Assembly: GCF_006345805.1 (NCBI RefSeq) | Contig: NW_021835940.1 | Location: forward strand, 1-37,191 | Direction of reading: 5' to 3' | DNA length: 37,191 nt | From: Octopus sinensis | Taxonomy: Eukaryota | Shown here: positions 1 to 12,684 of the stretch, piece after piece | How positions within the stretch are numbered: the first letter of the stretch is position 1 | Layout: every line of letters begins with the position of its first letter | The notes under the pieces: model-generated | What the model was told of the DNA's origin: nothing | Database searches by the model: none | What the model saw: only the letters and a program-made list of their open reading frames with translations | Program-made: the position numbers and the translations under genes

Positions 1-228
1 TAATCACACACTCACAGGCGACGCCCGCAAACCGAGATGGTTTTTTAAGCGGATATCTCTCGCGATAGTACGCTCTAACTCATTCTCGATCGCATCAGCC
101 TTTAGCCCATTAAATAATCAGCTTTTTTGATTAATTCATTAAATAATCACAAAAATTTTATTATGATTTTGTATTTTTTTCAACAACAACAAACAACAAC
201 AATAGCCCTGCCGCAAGATGAGAACGAC

Positions 229-1686
229 ATGTTAACATCTCGCTTGGGCCAGCCATATAAGATCAAGACAGAAAAAGAACATGTTATCAAGAAATTAACT
301 AATCCAAACAAAGATGTGTGTCTCTCCTCCATCTATTTTCTCTTTTATGGTGTGGCTGAAGAAGACATTGTTTTTTTCGTTTGTGTATTGTTTTTGGTAT
401 GTGGTCTCCAAATAAATTCAACAGAATAAACTGGTCTTTAAGAAACACAGTGGTAATCAGTCTGACAAATCTGATCTGTCGTACTGGATTGGAAACTTTA
501 TTAAGAATTTGGTTACAACGTGGACAGTCAAGCTAAAACGCAAATAAAGGGATATTGGAAAATTAATAATTCCTGTCATAACAGATCTTTTTATTTCTAA
601 TTGACTCCCTAAATAGGACACTTCATAAAAAATATATTAATGTGGTGATAGATAGTCCACAGGTTTACCCATATATAAAATAAGCTACTTATTATAAATT
701 AAAATTGTCTTCAAGAAAGAGGGAACCGCCATAAGTTTGAGGAGAGAAGTCGGATTTATCTTTAAAATGAATTCCTACAGAAGTCTAACATCTCGACTGT
801 ACAATAGGAATGTTTGAAAATAAAGGTAGCTGTATTTTGAAACTGACCAAAAATCACAGTCTTTAACTCAAAAATTGAAAAAAAGAGGTTACATTTGACA
901 CTTTTTAACTGTCTAGATGACATCAACGTAGACATATTCAAGTCTGTTCGGTAACTTTTGCAAAGAAACAGCTCACGTATGACTGAATAAATGTTATATT
1001 TTGTTCAAGATCGAAATATCTTTTACGAAACAGTTGATCAACTAGCAACAAGGTGTGTCAGAATACTGATTATTTGAGATGCCATAATGAAATTGAAATA
1101 CATCGATCTACATCTCTGGCAGCAATAAGGAGAAAGAAATTTTCAAGACCCATTCTGTTCAATCGTTTTTGGCTAATGAAAATTTATAAATATGTGTGGA
1201 TACACTAATAAATATGGAAACCAAAGTCCAGTAAATTAACCCGAATATATTTGTACTGTGAAGAGAACAATTATACTTATCGATGTCGAGATAAGACGGA
1301 TTTGATTTGGCCAAAACAATAAAAAATCTAGGTTTGAAGGCTTTTCCACGACTGTCAAATAAAGATTATTCCATTGGGTATGGAGTTGTCTTAAAATGCT
1401 AAAATGATTATATAGATAAACTAGCTATTAAAGAAAAAACTTGTCTCCGATCAGTTATGCTAAAAAAAACTCTTGAAAGCATGATGACTGAACCCGGGAT
1501 GAAGATATATAAGTACGCTTTTGCTACCGCCTTGTAAAATTGGAATGCCGCAAAGACATCCCAATAAACGCTGAAGAAGATGTGTCGACTGCCCATGTAA
1601 TGGTGATAAGGAATGAAAGATTTGGAAACAAACCCTTCTTCTATACGGAGAAATTGCCAATGATTGGTATTGAAAGATTTAATTAA
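229..1686 (+). pseudogene. Possible decayed multi-exon gene of unknown function
   Basis: Protein-like stretches (…FLFYGVAEEDIVFFVCVLFL / NKLVFKKHSGNQSDKSDLSYWIGNFIKNLVTTWT / LECRKDIPINAEEDVSTAHVMVIRNERFGNKPFFYTEKLPMIGIERFN*) are separated by candidate 23-28 nt GT..AG segments. Several internal stops remain and no family was recognised. Confidence 0.25.
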
Positions 1687-1756
1687 ATAGTATAATTTAA
1701 AATTTGGTCTAATTTTGATTAAATTAGATTTCACAAAATAAATTAGTATATTTTAA

Positions 1757-2191
1757 TTATTTGGTTATGCTTGTTTTCCTCTTGGGAAAGTACAGACGGC
1801 TGTCACTTTTATCAATCACTTTCTACTGTAAATAAATAAAAATTTGAAACCAAAGATTGTGAAATCCACCCAATTTCTTGTGATTCAGTCTGCGGTCTCA
1901 AATATTTTTTTGTCGGTTCTTGGTTAGCTCTTCGAATTTGATGGAGGAATTCGTCTTAAAGTTTTATTTTAAACATCACTGTCAGTTTCGTAATCACAAA
2001 CAACGTTCCACGAGTTCGGTTTTTCTGCGTATGAATTCACTGATATTATCATTTTAAAATAAACTTTTGCGAAATGGGTTTATTCCGTATTGGTCATTTA
2101 ATATCATATGTCTGTTTTCTTTAAGAATTGTTTCTATTAATCTAGCATTTTTTGCAACGTAGTCGATTTCTTCAATCTTTTCACCAGCCAT
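1757..2191 (-). CDS. FAM183: FAM183/CFAP144 ciliary microtubule inner protein (4 exons)
   Basis: Removing introns 2040-2064 (25 nt), 1955-1979 (25 nt) and 1823-1850 (28 nt) gives MAGEKIEEIDYVAKNARLIETILKENRHMILNDQYGINPFRK-NSYAEKPNSWNVVCDYETD-EFLHQIRRANQEPTKKYLRPQTESQEIGWISQSLKVIDKSDSRLYFPKRKTSITK*. The Y.INP.RK, KP.SW and P.KKY..PQTE.QEIGW motifs match FAM183. Not present in the ORF track. Confidence 0.85.
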
Positions 2192-2199
2192 TTATTACT

Positions 2200-2213
2200 G
2201 TCTCCAAGGAATC
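2200..2213 (-). promoter_or_regulatory. X-box-like (RFX) site directly upstream of FAM183
   Basis: GATTCCTTGGAGAC has one mismatch to RYYNYYNNRRNRAC and lies about 8 nt upstream of the ATG of a ciliary gene. Confidence 0.4.
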
Positions 2214-2301
2214 AAATTTATTATAAATAGCATTTAAAATAAAAATGAATCAACCAACAATAACCGTAGTTAATTTATTGCAAAATTTGATCGAATTAAT
2301 G

Positions 2302-2795
2302 CTATTGAACAAATATTGTAGAAAAGGCTCGATTCTTGGAGAAAAAATCATGTGGCTGTCGCGTGAGGATGATTCTCCTGTTAATTAAAGCCTGAAAACA
2401 TAAGATTTGAAAACAAAAAATTTTATTTTCTGGTAAAATAGGAGTTTTGTATTCTCCGAAATTGCAGATATACTTTTGATTTTTGAACCGCAGACACAAA
2501 AGCAAACCGCTTTGACTATGATGGGCACAAAAAAGTTTCAAAGTACTAAAGGGGATCGAGATTTACCAGTCACACCGCAAACTCATCGACAGGAGGGGAT
2601 TGTATCCTCTCGCTTGTCGCCTCAGTGCTGGCAAGTTTCTGGCGTAGAATTTCATGAGTTTACTCAATTCAGGTTGTCTTTTCTGTTCTGAGTCTGTGCA
2701 ATGGTTGGCAGGTCTGAACTTTTTGAGAGCGTTCAATATGCGTTGGGCAGATTTTTCTTCTATGTTTCTATAAATATTTTATTAATAATAATTAC
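2302..2795 (-). CDS. Unknown spliced coding fragment (5' end unresolved)
   Basis: An open exon (NIEEKSAQRILNALKKFRPANH…LSMSLRCD) joins ORF 2302..2541 in frame through a 21-nt GT..AG intron at 2546-2566. A candidate 28-nt intron lies at 2768-2795. No family recognised. Confidence 0.3.
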
Positions 2796-2929
2796 AAACA
2801 TTTTCCTTATTTGTCAGAAAATTCCGAAAGTGGCTCAACTGATAAATATTTAAAAATAATTGAAGATATAAATTCGCAATTTGATGCAAGATTTTAGGTT
2901 TTTAGTATTTAATTTAAGCTGACAGAGCT

Positions 2930-3145
2930 TTAAAGAAGGTGCAAATTCAATGAGATTATTTGCGTCTCCATTAATTATGAAAAGTGAGGAGGTTTCCGGC
3001 AATAATGAAAGGAAAAATTTACCGATGTTTAGATCAACATATGTCTGCGAATCGACTTTTAGTAAACTTGTTTGAACTAAAACAAAGTTTCGCAGCAGAT
3101 TGACTGATAGTCATCTAAATGATTTGTTACGTACTTCAACTGCAT
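2930..3145 (+). mobile_element. hAT (Buster-like) C-terminal dimerisation-domain relic
   Basis: LPMFRSTYVCESTFSKLV*TKTKFRSRLTDSHLNDLLR matches the F.STY.CE..FS….K.R.RL motif. Confidence 0.75.
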
Positions 3146-3670
3146 CCGCTCTTCCAGAAGATAAGAAAATCTCAAAGTATGCTTCCTTGGTGGACACATG
3201 TTGCTTTTCCCTTTGGCATTCGAAACCAATGGGGTAATTGGTTCAAAAGCTCTCAAACCCCTCTCAAAGATTGGTTCAATTATCTCGAAGAGGAGTCACG
3301 ACAGTCGCGAAACGAGCTGATTTTTCCACTTAATTGCCTGTCCATTCTCTCGGCGATTAATTCAAATTAAACTTTTTTCTACCTTTTTAACTATTAAGTG
3401 TTTATTATTTGAAAAAAGTACTGAAATAACCTTAAATTTATCGCTAAAAAGTTTTTTCTTAAAGGAAAATATGGTTGTTTGATATTAATAAACGGGGCGT
3501 TTCCATTTGAGAAAACACATTAAATCCATTCAAAAATAAACAATTCAAATGATAAACCAAAAACAAATTACATTTTGTTTAGTGGTCCAAACAAGGCGGA
3601 ATAGCGATTAATAATTTCACAAATAAAAAAACCCACAGCAATTAAATTATTTTTATGAAAAAGCAAAAAA

Positions 3671-5049
3671 TTATTGTTCATCGGGGAGGTTTACTACATT
3701 AACTATATTGGTATCACGAGACTTCTTAAAATAAAAAGGGAGACTCCATAAAACACTCATCTTGCACAAAATCCCTCCCATGGACACAACAAAGTAGCAA
3801 CTCCCTACAAAATCAAAATGTTTGTCGAAATTCTTGTCTTGCCCAATCAAAGTCTGACTCACAAAAACCCCCACAGATGCGGAAAGCGCGAACATCAACG
3901 TCAAAAGTGAGTTCAAATCAAGCATTCGAGTCTGACCAAATGCAACCTTGGTGATACTGTCCACCAAGACATGCCAATAGGCCATCCCAAAGCCATAGAG
4001 GAAGGCATAAGTCATCTCAAACATCAACCACAGCCCTATACCTTCCCAGTAGTCGAAAGCACCAAATCTGGATATATAAAAGTCAGCAAACAGGCCAAAA
4101 TACACGTGGATAGAAAAGTGACAACAATGTCAAATTTCCTTGAATGTCCGACCACAGTGAACACAAGTCTTCAATAAAAAAACCACCCAACCTCGTAAAA
4201 AAGACCGAAATCCCCGTGAACCCCAAAGAGTAGCACTCTCCTCCAAGTTCCACTCAGAGGTTGCCATGTAGTGCGGAAACACAATTAAATTCGAAAAGAA
4301 ACACAGTCCGTAGAATATCGAGGACACAGACAAAACCGAAAAATAAATTTTGTCCCAAGTATTAGGATTTGAAGTTTGGGAAGGTTTTTTGAGAGAATTG
4401 GGGTCACTTTTGTCATAAAGCCCGGGTTTTCTTGTAGTCAAAATCTTGAAAATAATAAAAAACGGCGTGGTTGATAAGAGGAGGCCCCAATATACCAAAC
4501 ACGAGCCTAAGGCGGTAAGATCAAAGGACTACCAATGAGAGAAAACTTTTTTATCAAAGGAGCCGACAGAAATGCAAAGACGACAATTCCCAAAGAGTAC
4601 CCAGAGAAGGAAACAGCTCGATAAAACTTCTTTTTAGACTTGAAGTAAGAATCCGAAAAAATATTCGCCTCAAAGTGAATCAGGCCAATTCCCAGTCCCG
4701 AGAAGATTGCTGGGCAGAATATAAAGAATTTGTTGTTGACCGAAAGACATTGCTGGACGACCCCGCCTACGGAGATGAGGACCATTGCAATATTGGAGAA
4801 GGCATTAAATTTGTAGAAGGAGTGCAAACATGAGGCGAGGGAGTCTAAATTGGAAACTCAGTACAAACTTGATAGAAAAAATAGGAAAAAATTGAGTGAT
4901 GAAGCGTAGGAGAAGGTGTAGGGGGTGCTCAGGGTTAATTTGAGCCAATTAAGCTCGAGTAGTACGAAGTTCAGCATTAAGCCTCCAATTATAAATTGGA
5001 CATAAAAAATTCCAATCGTTGACCAAAATTTAAGTGTTTTTGTTGACAT
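3671..5049 (-). CDS. MFS transporter, monocarboxylate transporter (SLC16/MCT)-like (5 exons)
   Basis: Hydrophobic ORFs are joined by introns 4845-4868 (24 nt), 4507-4532 (26), 4169-4191 (23) and 4016-4041 (26). Motif GLGIGL…YFKSKKKFYRAVSFSGYSLG resembles MCT YF.KRR..A.G….G. One 1-nt frameshift near 4225 in a homopolymer is needed to restore ATLLGFTGISVFFTRL. Confidence 0.7.
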
Positions 5050-5405
5050 CACTTTGATAGGATTTTTTAAAAATAATCTTATTATTTTGGGATAACATTC
5101 ATTTATAAATTAATTAAAACATTAATATAAAATATAACAAAAATAATTCAATATAAAAATGATTATAAATAAATCAATCTCATTTAGGTTGCATTCTTTA
5201 TTAATCAATCATGATAAAATTTGTGGTAAACAATATCGACATTGTATCAATCAAAATTTCCTCAATTTTTCACCAATGACGTCAATCCCATTTTTGAAGA
5301 CTCCAGACAACTCCACTTTTCCGCAACGGTGAGTCTAGAAATCCCGTCTACGTGGATAAAAACGGTCCTTCAAGTTTTATTAACCCAACTTTTATTAATT
5401 AAAAT

Positions 5406-6782
5406 TTATTTGTTAATAAGGCTTTTTTGCACAATTGTACATAGCTGAAATAGTCTGCATAAATCGAGTATCCTTTGGCTTGTCCAGTCCATGAGAAATA
5501 GACTTTCTGATCAAAAACAGAAACTCATGTTTGCTGAGCTTTCCATCCTCTAAAATAAATCCTCTCCATCACCGTCATTATCCAAAACTGCGAAAAAAAT
5601 TTCCACCAAAACAGCAGAGAGTTCTCGACCAGTCACAATCTTGCTCAGTCTCTTAAGGGCCTCACGATCAAAGGGGACATCCGCGAGGTTATAAAAATCA
5701 AGAATCACAACAATGTCATCAATCTTGCTCAAAAACATGATGAAATGCGAATAATCCTCCCTTGACACAACCAGAGGAGGAGAATGCCCTTTCAGTCTGC
5801 GACCAATACGGGCTTTTCTTGCGGGAGAAATGTGAGCGTAGTGAGAAAACACACTCGCAAATCGAATAGCCGAGATAGAACTACCACCCTCAGCCAATCG
5901 ACGGAACTGGCATATTTCAGACCACATACCTCATGACGGGCCATTTCCTCGTGAAGTCTTGTAAGGAAAACTACAAACTGATCTAATTCAACTGTCCCGT
6001 CGAGAGACTCCCCAAATAAGTATCTCTCAATACAAGTGACCCCTTTCCTCACACTGGAGTGAGTTCCGTGACTTGTGTCTCTGTGTCGACTCCCAATAGA
6101 GGATCTCTCAATTACCAGTTCTCTCAGCTTTTTAAACTCAGAATGGGATATATTTCCATTCCCGTCCAAGTCCAGCATATTGAAACACACCTCCACGTGC
6201 CAAAGGGGAACTAAAATGACTTTTCTGACTCTAACTTGATATAAGAGCTGTCATTAGAAGGTAATCTCCAAAGGAAATCAATCCGCGAGAGAATATCTCA
6301 CCAAACACTGTTTCCGCGTTCTCACCGTGCTTCATTTGGGCCTCTGCCTTCTTAACTGTGCAAGTCCGGAAACAATCGAGGCCCAAATCTGCCAATTAAT
6401 GATTTTTGTGACTTTTAGGTTGCCTCACGCCTGGGGTGATGGCTCGGTAGAGGTCTTCTATGCTCATATAAACGACGTCGTCAACACGGAGGGTCGAGAA
6501 GTAACGGAATATTTTATCAGGAGTGGAATATGCTCTTATTCTGTTCTCATACTCCATTATCTTTCGATCTCTGAATGTCGGACCTGATTCTGAGGGTTTT
6601 CTATTATTTTTAGTGTTATAAAAATACTTTTCGTCGGGTTGGATGACGACTGTGCTTACTACTAGGGCACTCATAAGGACAATTGATTTTGAGGGGAACT
6701 GGGAGGGTGGTCGAATCCATTCTGGTAAAACAGAAAAGAGCCGCTTAGTCGTAATTAAACGTTGTATGAAATTATATATCAT
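5406..6782 (-). CDS. MICU1: Mitochondrial calcium uptake protein 1 (5 exons)
   Basis: [26 protein letters not shown] signature, EF-hand loops [12 protein letters not shown] and [12 protein letters not shown], and C-terminal GLDKPKD…AMYNCAK. Introns 6389-6412 (24 nt), 6211-6235 (25), 5907-5929 (23) and 5550-5572 (23) give one uninterrupted frame. Confidence 0.95.
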
Positions 6783-7023
6783 AACGTAAACATATGAACT
6801 ATTTATTTATTTTTATTATTGTTAAAATATATCATTTCAAAATATTGAAATTTAATTTGGTTTTGTGTATAAATTATCCTGTTGACATGATTTTCTACAA
6901 AGTCAAAGTTTGTGGGTTACTCAATTTGGGTAATGTCCCAAGAAATATCGATTCCTGTTACTAAACAGCATCAAAAATTTATATGTTCATTTAGTAATAG
7001 TAATTTTTATTTTTAAACATTTA

Positions 7024-7330
7024 TTGCATAAAATAATTGATTTTTATTTGAGCAAGGGATATCTATCTTTGTGTAAACCCGAAGAGATCAGATTATTGAC
7101 TATCTTCATACTCCTAGCGAGAAAGTTTATTTACCTGTATCTTATGTTTAAACGTTTTTGGATTATTTTGTCCGATTTATTACTGTTGAAGAACAAGAAT
7201 AACTGTTTGATTATATTTGGATTTATCATCCGAATACGGGCTATCCAGGCCGAGATAAATTATTTAATCATACGAAGATCTTGGAATTAGCATGGAATTC
7301 AGAATTCACTTCGTTAAGGATGTTTTTGTT
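7024..7330 (+). mobile_element. Degraded integrase-like N-terminus (Ginger/Polinton/Gypsy-type)
   Basis: Fragments IDFYLSKGY…LARKF and VRFITVEEQE*LFDYIWIYHPNTGYPGRDKLFNH resemble the region before and including the integrase H..GH.G.DK motif. Heavily decayed. Confidence 0.3.
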
Positions 7331-8039
7331 GTATATAATTCTTCGAAAAAAGACCATTTTCCAAATATACATAAACATGCAGCTTTATATGACGAAAATC
7401 GAACTAATTAAATTAATAGTACATTTGGAAAAATTGATTCGGACCTTCGGAAACTAATTTTGTTTTTCCATGAAACATATTCGCCCAAAGTTATCCTTAA
7501 AAGGGTACAATTACAGCAGTGCATAGAATGAAGACATCTGCAAATTGAGAAAAGAAAAAAAATTATACACGAAATTACTAAGATTTGTAGATGCCTTGGA
7601 TCGTCAAAAACTTAGAATCAGAATTTATAATATTCAAGAGATTATTATTACAAAATCTAAGAAGAGGAGGATAAATTTTGGAGGGAGTGAATGTGTAAAA
7701 TTGGATAAAAAGAATCCTAACTTTTGGAATGCCTGCAATCGTTTAAGGCAAAGTTCATTCACATTTATTTTAAATGAGATTCTAAGATGGACGATAACTC
7801 AGGATTTCACACCAAATATTGACACTATTATGAAGAAAAAAAATCTTAAGTTTCTGGTACATATTGAAATTAAGATTAAGAAATGTGCTATTAAATGTCA
7901 CAGTCCGATAAAGTTAAATGCTTTTAAATAATAAAAAGCTCCGAAATATTATAAAAATCAAAGATCCCTTGAAATAATTGTCAAATAAATTTGATTGAAT
8001 CACTATGAAGAAAACAATTGATGGATAAATTCCTGCAAA

Positions 8040-8185
8040 AACAACGCACTTGGTTTTGACCGGATTCTAATTGCTGTATACACGAATGCATCAGATAGAC
8101 TACTTTTTTTAGTTATTGAGATTCCTAATGCAAGTTGGTCTTTGGGTTATCTACCATCTGACTGGAGACGGTCAGAAATTTGGAG
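8040..8185 (+). mobile_element. LINE reverse transcriptase relic
   Basis: GFDRI…NASWSLGYLPSDWRRSEI matches the non-LTR RT N-terminal PG.D.I…N..W..G..P..W motif. Confidence 0.55.
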
Positions 8186-9133
8186 GATAAAAAATCGATA
8201 AAAATTAATTCAATTCCTCACAAAAACTGCTCCTCGCCCGTTTGGTCCAGAGTCCAGCATCAGGAAAAGCTGAGAAAGATCTTGAGGATTATTGGAATCA
8301 CCTAATTAATTACTCTAATTAACTGTTGGTAATTTTTGGGTTAAAATAAAAAAATAAATAATAAAATAGTGGGGGAAATCGTGTTTAGAAGATTATCCGC
8401 CCGTGTTGAAAGGACCAAATTTCCTTGTGATCAATATTGGGGTTTTCCGACCTGGACGGTCACGTGGTAACTGTTTTTCCAAGTCCACGAAGAAATTTAA
8501 AAAAGTAAATCAGACGACGTTTCCTAAAGTGGCAAACTGGTACTTTAAATAACATCGTATATGTGAAGCATGCGAGTTAATGAATATCAAAATGCTGATT
8601 GAGACACGTCATCCATAAATCCTTAAATTGATCTTTCAAAATATAGTCAGTCTCGATGTGTACTAGGTTGGATTCAACATTAGTTTTGACTGTTATAATA
8701 CCATGTGGTAGCTCTGGTTACTCTAACAGTTGACGCAATATTGCAAATTCCGTATTAGGTAGACACGGGGAGAAAAAAAGGCGACAGTCAGTTAAATTTT
8801 TTAGATACAGTCATCAACAGAGTCAGATTTCTGCTGTCCAAACTGAGATTTATCGAATGGTATATTTGTTTAAATATAAATGCACTAAATAAAAAATGGG
8901 TTCCCATTTGTTGTTTTACTAATAACATAATGTCGTGCAATCTTTCTTAATGGAGACTACCAGTTTATCAATACAAAAAGGGACCCACATAAATTAAGAA
9001 TTCAACATCCAAGACTGTCGATTGCGGAATGTATGTATTTCCCAAATCTATTCCGCTGGCTGTAAGAATACATAATTTGAATTTTAAAAATTATAATTGA
9101 AATATTCACCAATAGAAAATAAAAAAACAGAAA

Positions 9134-10318
9134 TCAAGCACGTTTCTTTTTACGACGCTGAGTAAAATTACTAGCGTGTGGAAATTGGAGGGGGAAAGTA
9201 AGATAAATCTTATTCTTCCCTTTTCCTGTCTTCCTAACCACGCAACCCAATGCCAAAGAATGGGTGGTGACCCTATTCACGGGCACTCCCATATCTTTCG
9301 CCAACGACTCGGCACGGACTTTAAACCCCCTCACAGTCAAAGCCAACAAAATTATGTGACACATCAACTTTCCCTTCAAACGAAAAGGAATTGAATATTT
9401 CCTTATAATAATCACCACCAAAATAACCCCAAATTATCACAGACCACATATTCCTCCAAAACTGTCTGATTGATCAACGTCGGGTATCCAGAAACAAAAA
9501 AATCTGACTCGTCTCACCAAGATGGGCTAACCTGGTTCGTTTAGTTGCTTCGGATTTGCGGAATACAGGCTTATTAGACAGACCAAATAACGGATAGCAC
9601 ATTTCCAGTCATCATTGGAAAGAGGGATCCCCGATTTCATAGACTTGACCCGAGAGACCTTGGGCCACCAGTCTTCTGGGCCTTCTGAGTTCAAAGTTCT
9701 AAGTTTGTCAAAGGAAATGACTTTAAAGTAACTAAATTTACAAAACTGGTTTCGATAGGGTAAAGTTCATGAACAGATGTCGAATTTCTGTTCCAGGCAA
9801 TCATTTCTCGGGAACTTTTGTTCGAATTTGGTAGAACGTTGTTAAGCAACTCCATTTCGTCTGAAATTGAATTGCTTTGAAGTTGGCGGGCAATTTTTTG
9901 GTTAAATTTTTTATTTTTTTTGGTTCCGAACTCTGTAAGAATATTTTTGTTATTGTTTTCAATCCTTTCTGGAATTTTTGCCAATACTCGGAGATCAAAA
10001 ATCGCGGACTTGTTAAGAACAAGTGAATTTCCCACGAGCTGTGCAACATAATACTTTTTTAGTTGATTTGAGTGAACTGAGGTGGAAGTTGCCTCAAAGG
10101 AGACAGGATTTGAAGATACGGTCTGTTCATATATCGTATTATAAATACCAATTTGATGGGTTTGCCTGAATTGGTGTCGTCCTTATATTGGGCATTCCAA
10201 AGAGCATTTTTTTCTAGGCAGCCTGTAATTCCATTTAGTGACACTTAGGGGGTAAAATATAACTTTAACCTAAAGGAATAAAAGTATTATCTTCATATTT
10301 TATGGTTATATCATCCAT
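9134..10318 (-). CDS. POLR1E: RNA polymerase I subunit RPA49/PAF53 (6 exons)
   Basis: FGTKKNKK, ELYPI and C-terminal KLMCHIILLALTVRGFKV…LAKDMGV…LALGC…LTFPLQFP…RRKKKR. Five introns of 26 (10244-10269), 26 (10123-10148), 23, 28 and 26 nt give one continuous frame from ATG 10318. Confidence 0.88.
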
Positions 10319-11026
10319 GGATCCGAACACCACAAAAATGGATTTATAAATTTATATTCAAAATTAGAAGCTTGTCTTGTTTTTCTTTAAATAAAATAAT
10401 TCAAATTACTTATTTTGATTTTTTTAAATTTATATTGCATATATTAATACAGTCAAACCTTAAATTTTCCAAATTCAGCTTTTTATGTCAATCGATAAGA
10501 GCAATTCCATTGTAAATTTTGTCTATCATCTCCTCAAATTTAAACTTAAAAGAGTTGTTTTAAATAAGCAAATGATCCATAGGTTGTAAAATAGCGGTTG
10601 TTTTGCAGGAAAGTATAGCAGTTCAATTGATAGTAAATTTGAATACATTTTATGTAAAAGGCGTTGATCCACACCACAAGAATTTTTGTTTTTTTCATTT
10701 GAAGATCATGATTTTTTTCAAGAATTAATTCGTTGAAAATTTTGCTAGTCATTCACGACCTTTTAGAATGTCAATAATCAATATATTTTCTACATTAAAA
10801 TTCTTAAAGAATCTAGGTTTCTTACATTTTCCAATCATCGATGAACTTTTTTATCTGTCCCAGTCATGTTTTATGAGCTGGGCAACCAGGCCCCTATTCA
10901 CTCTGCGTCCGTTACGTGTTATTGTGTCAAATACTTAGCAAATTAATAGTATGAACTTTAAAAATTAATAAATAGACATTTAATTGTTATTTTTAATGAG
11001 ACATCAACAGCGATTTTTCTTAATAT

Positions 11027-11733
11027 TTAAAAATTCGACCTAAACCCTGAATTTCGAACTTCTACATGTGAATTGGACAACATTGTGACTATTTCGCAAA
11101 TATCGGAAAACTTGGATTCGAATTTATTCAACATTAAACCTGGATTCGTCCCGTAATACATCCTATCATTGGCAACAGATTTGTTTATAGAATTCCTCGA
11201 TAAACCTGAATGGGGTCTCATTTAAAAATGACTGCATCGTTGTATTATAGCAATAGACCAAATATTCTAAAATAAAGACCCATTCATTTTTATTAGGCTA
11301 TTTCAACTTTGTTAATGATCTCGCAATCGTTTCATTACAGAGCTAAACTATTCCCTATAAAATAATTTATCATTCCAGAAAATAACCTGTGATCTAGGGT
11401 TATTAGGTCTGCCGTGCATCTGTTAAATTTTAAACTTCTCGCGAAGAACCCGACTGTCGGTATTTTTGAATTCTGTCCCATTGTCCGGTTGTGGAATCTG
11501 ACATCACCATTAACATAAAAAAAAGACTTGAGATTTTTTGAAACCTCGACTCCTGACTTATTCATTAGTGCTCTGGCAAAAGCAAAACTAAGATAATTAT
11601 AATCATAAAACCGACTATAGAGGTCAATAACGGATAGAATTTATTTATATCCTCAAACCTTTTCAAATCAATAAATTCGATTTGAAAACGCAAATTTGAA
11701 GCAGAAGCCAAAACATTATTAGTTTCATCCACG
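11027..11733 (-). other. Unidentified coding-like segment abutting the GTCTAAAC insertion site
   Basis: ORFs 11335..11565 and 11027..11221, plus an open stretch TVDETNNVLASASNLRFQIEFIDLKRFEDINKFYPLLTSI. Could not be spliced unambiguously. Confidence 0.3.
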
Positions 11734-11764
11734 GTCTAAACCAGTGATTCTCAACCTTTTTTTG

Positions 11765-12441
11765 GTGTTATGGGCGTGTTTTTCGTCTCAAGGAGTGGGT
11801 GAACTATTTTTCACAGATGGAATATTGAATCCCAAGATGTACGTCGAAATTTTGGAAAATTGTTTAGTTCCGTCCATCAATAAATTAAAGCTAAGAAGCA
11901 ATTGGACGTTTCAACACGACAACGATCCCAAACATAAAGCTAAAATAACTACTGAATGGCTTAATAATAATGGAATAAATGTTCTGAAATGGCCTAGTCA
12001 ATCTCCTGACTTAAACCCAATTGAAAATTTATGGAAAACATTGAAAATAAAGGTAGGAAAACGAAGACCTAGAAATATGGTGGAGTTAAAAGCATTCTGC
12101 CGTGAGGAATGGAATAAAATTTCCAAAGAAGAATGCTTTAAATTAATAGATACATACAAAAGAAGATTAGAAGCAGTAATTGTTGCAAAAGGGAATGCAA
12201 CAAAATATTAATAAGGCATCGTGCCAACACTTATTGACCCTTAAATAACGTTAAAAATTAAAAAAATGTTTTTTCTTTGTCAATTATCGCTAATTTTAAA
12301 GATTTAAAATTATTTTCTAAATCAGAATCTTTTGAATTTTTCAAAAAAAATAATTAAAAGTCAAAATACTTCATATTTTATGGGCAAAAACGTAAAATAC
12401 TAAAATTTATTAAGTGGTGCCATGACTTTTTGGGCCCACTG
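11765..12441 (+). mobile_element. Tc1 element, 5'-truncated
   Basis: VLWACFS…QHDNDPKH…WPSQSPDLNPIENLW…KGNATKY (D34E spacing). Right TIR ends …GCCCACTG followed by TA. Inner direct repeat near 12220-12240. Confidence 0.92.
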
Positions 12442-12684
12442 TATATCAAGAATTAGAAAAATTGACTAACGATTTTGTTTAAAATTTTTCATCTAAATTT
12501 TTTTAAGAATTGGAAGCCCGCATAGGGTTAGGGTTAGTTGTTTAAGATTTGAGTTAGGGTTAGGAGCAGACGAAGCTTTTATATGGAATCTATAATTTTT
12601 TTCTATTTTCTAATGTAAATTTTAATTATTATCTCAATTTTAACCGATTTATTTACAATTTTAAATCATTATTTTTTAATGGTT

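Noticed and set aside
1408-1734. Minus-strand ORFs as genes
   Set aside because: No recognisable motif or ATG context for the longer ORF. More likely the shadow of a plus-strand coding remnant.
5550-5572. [10 protein letters not shown] as the true MICU1 C-terminus
   Set aside because: Splicing the 23-nt intron gives a complete EF-hand and the conserved GLDKPKD tail.
7545-7931. 128-aa ORF as a host gene
   Set aside because: Non-ATG start, low-complexity K/I-rich, no motif, and surrounded by decayed TE fragments.
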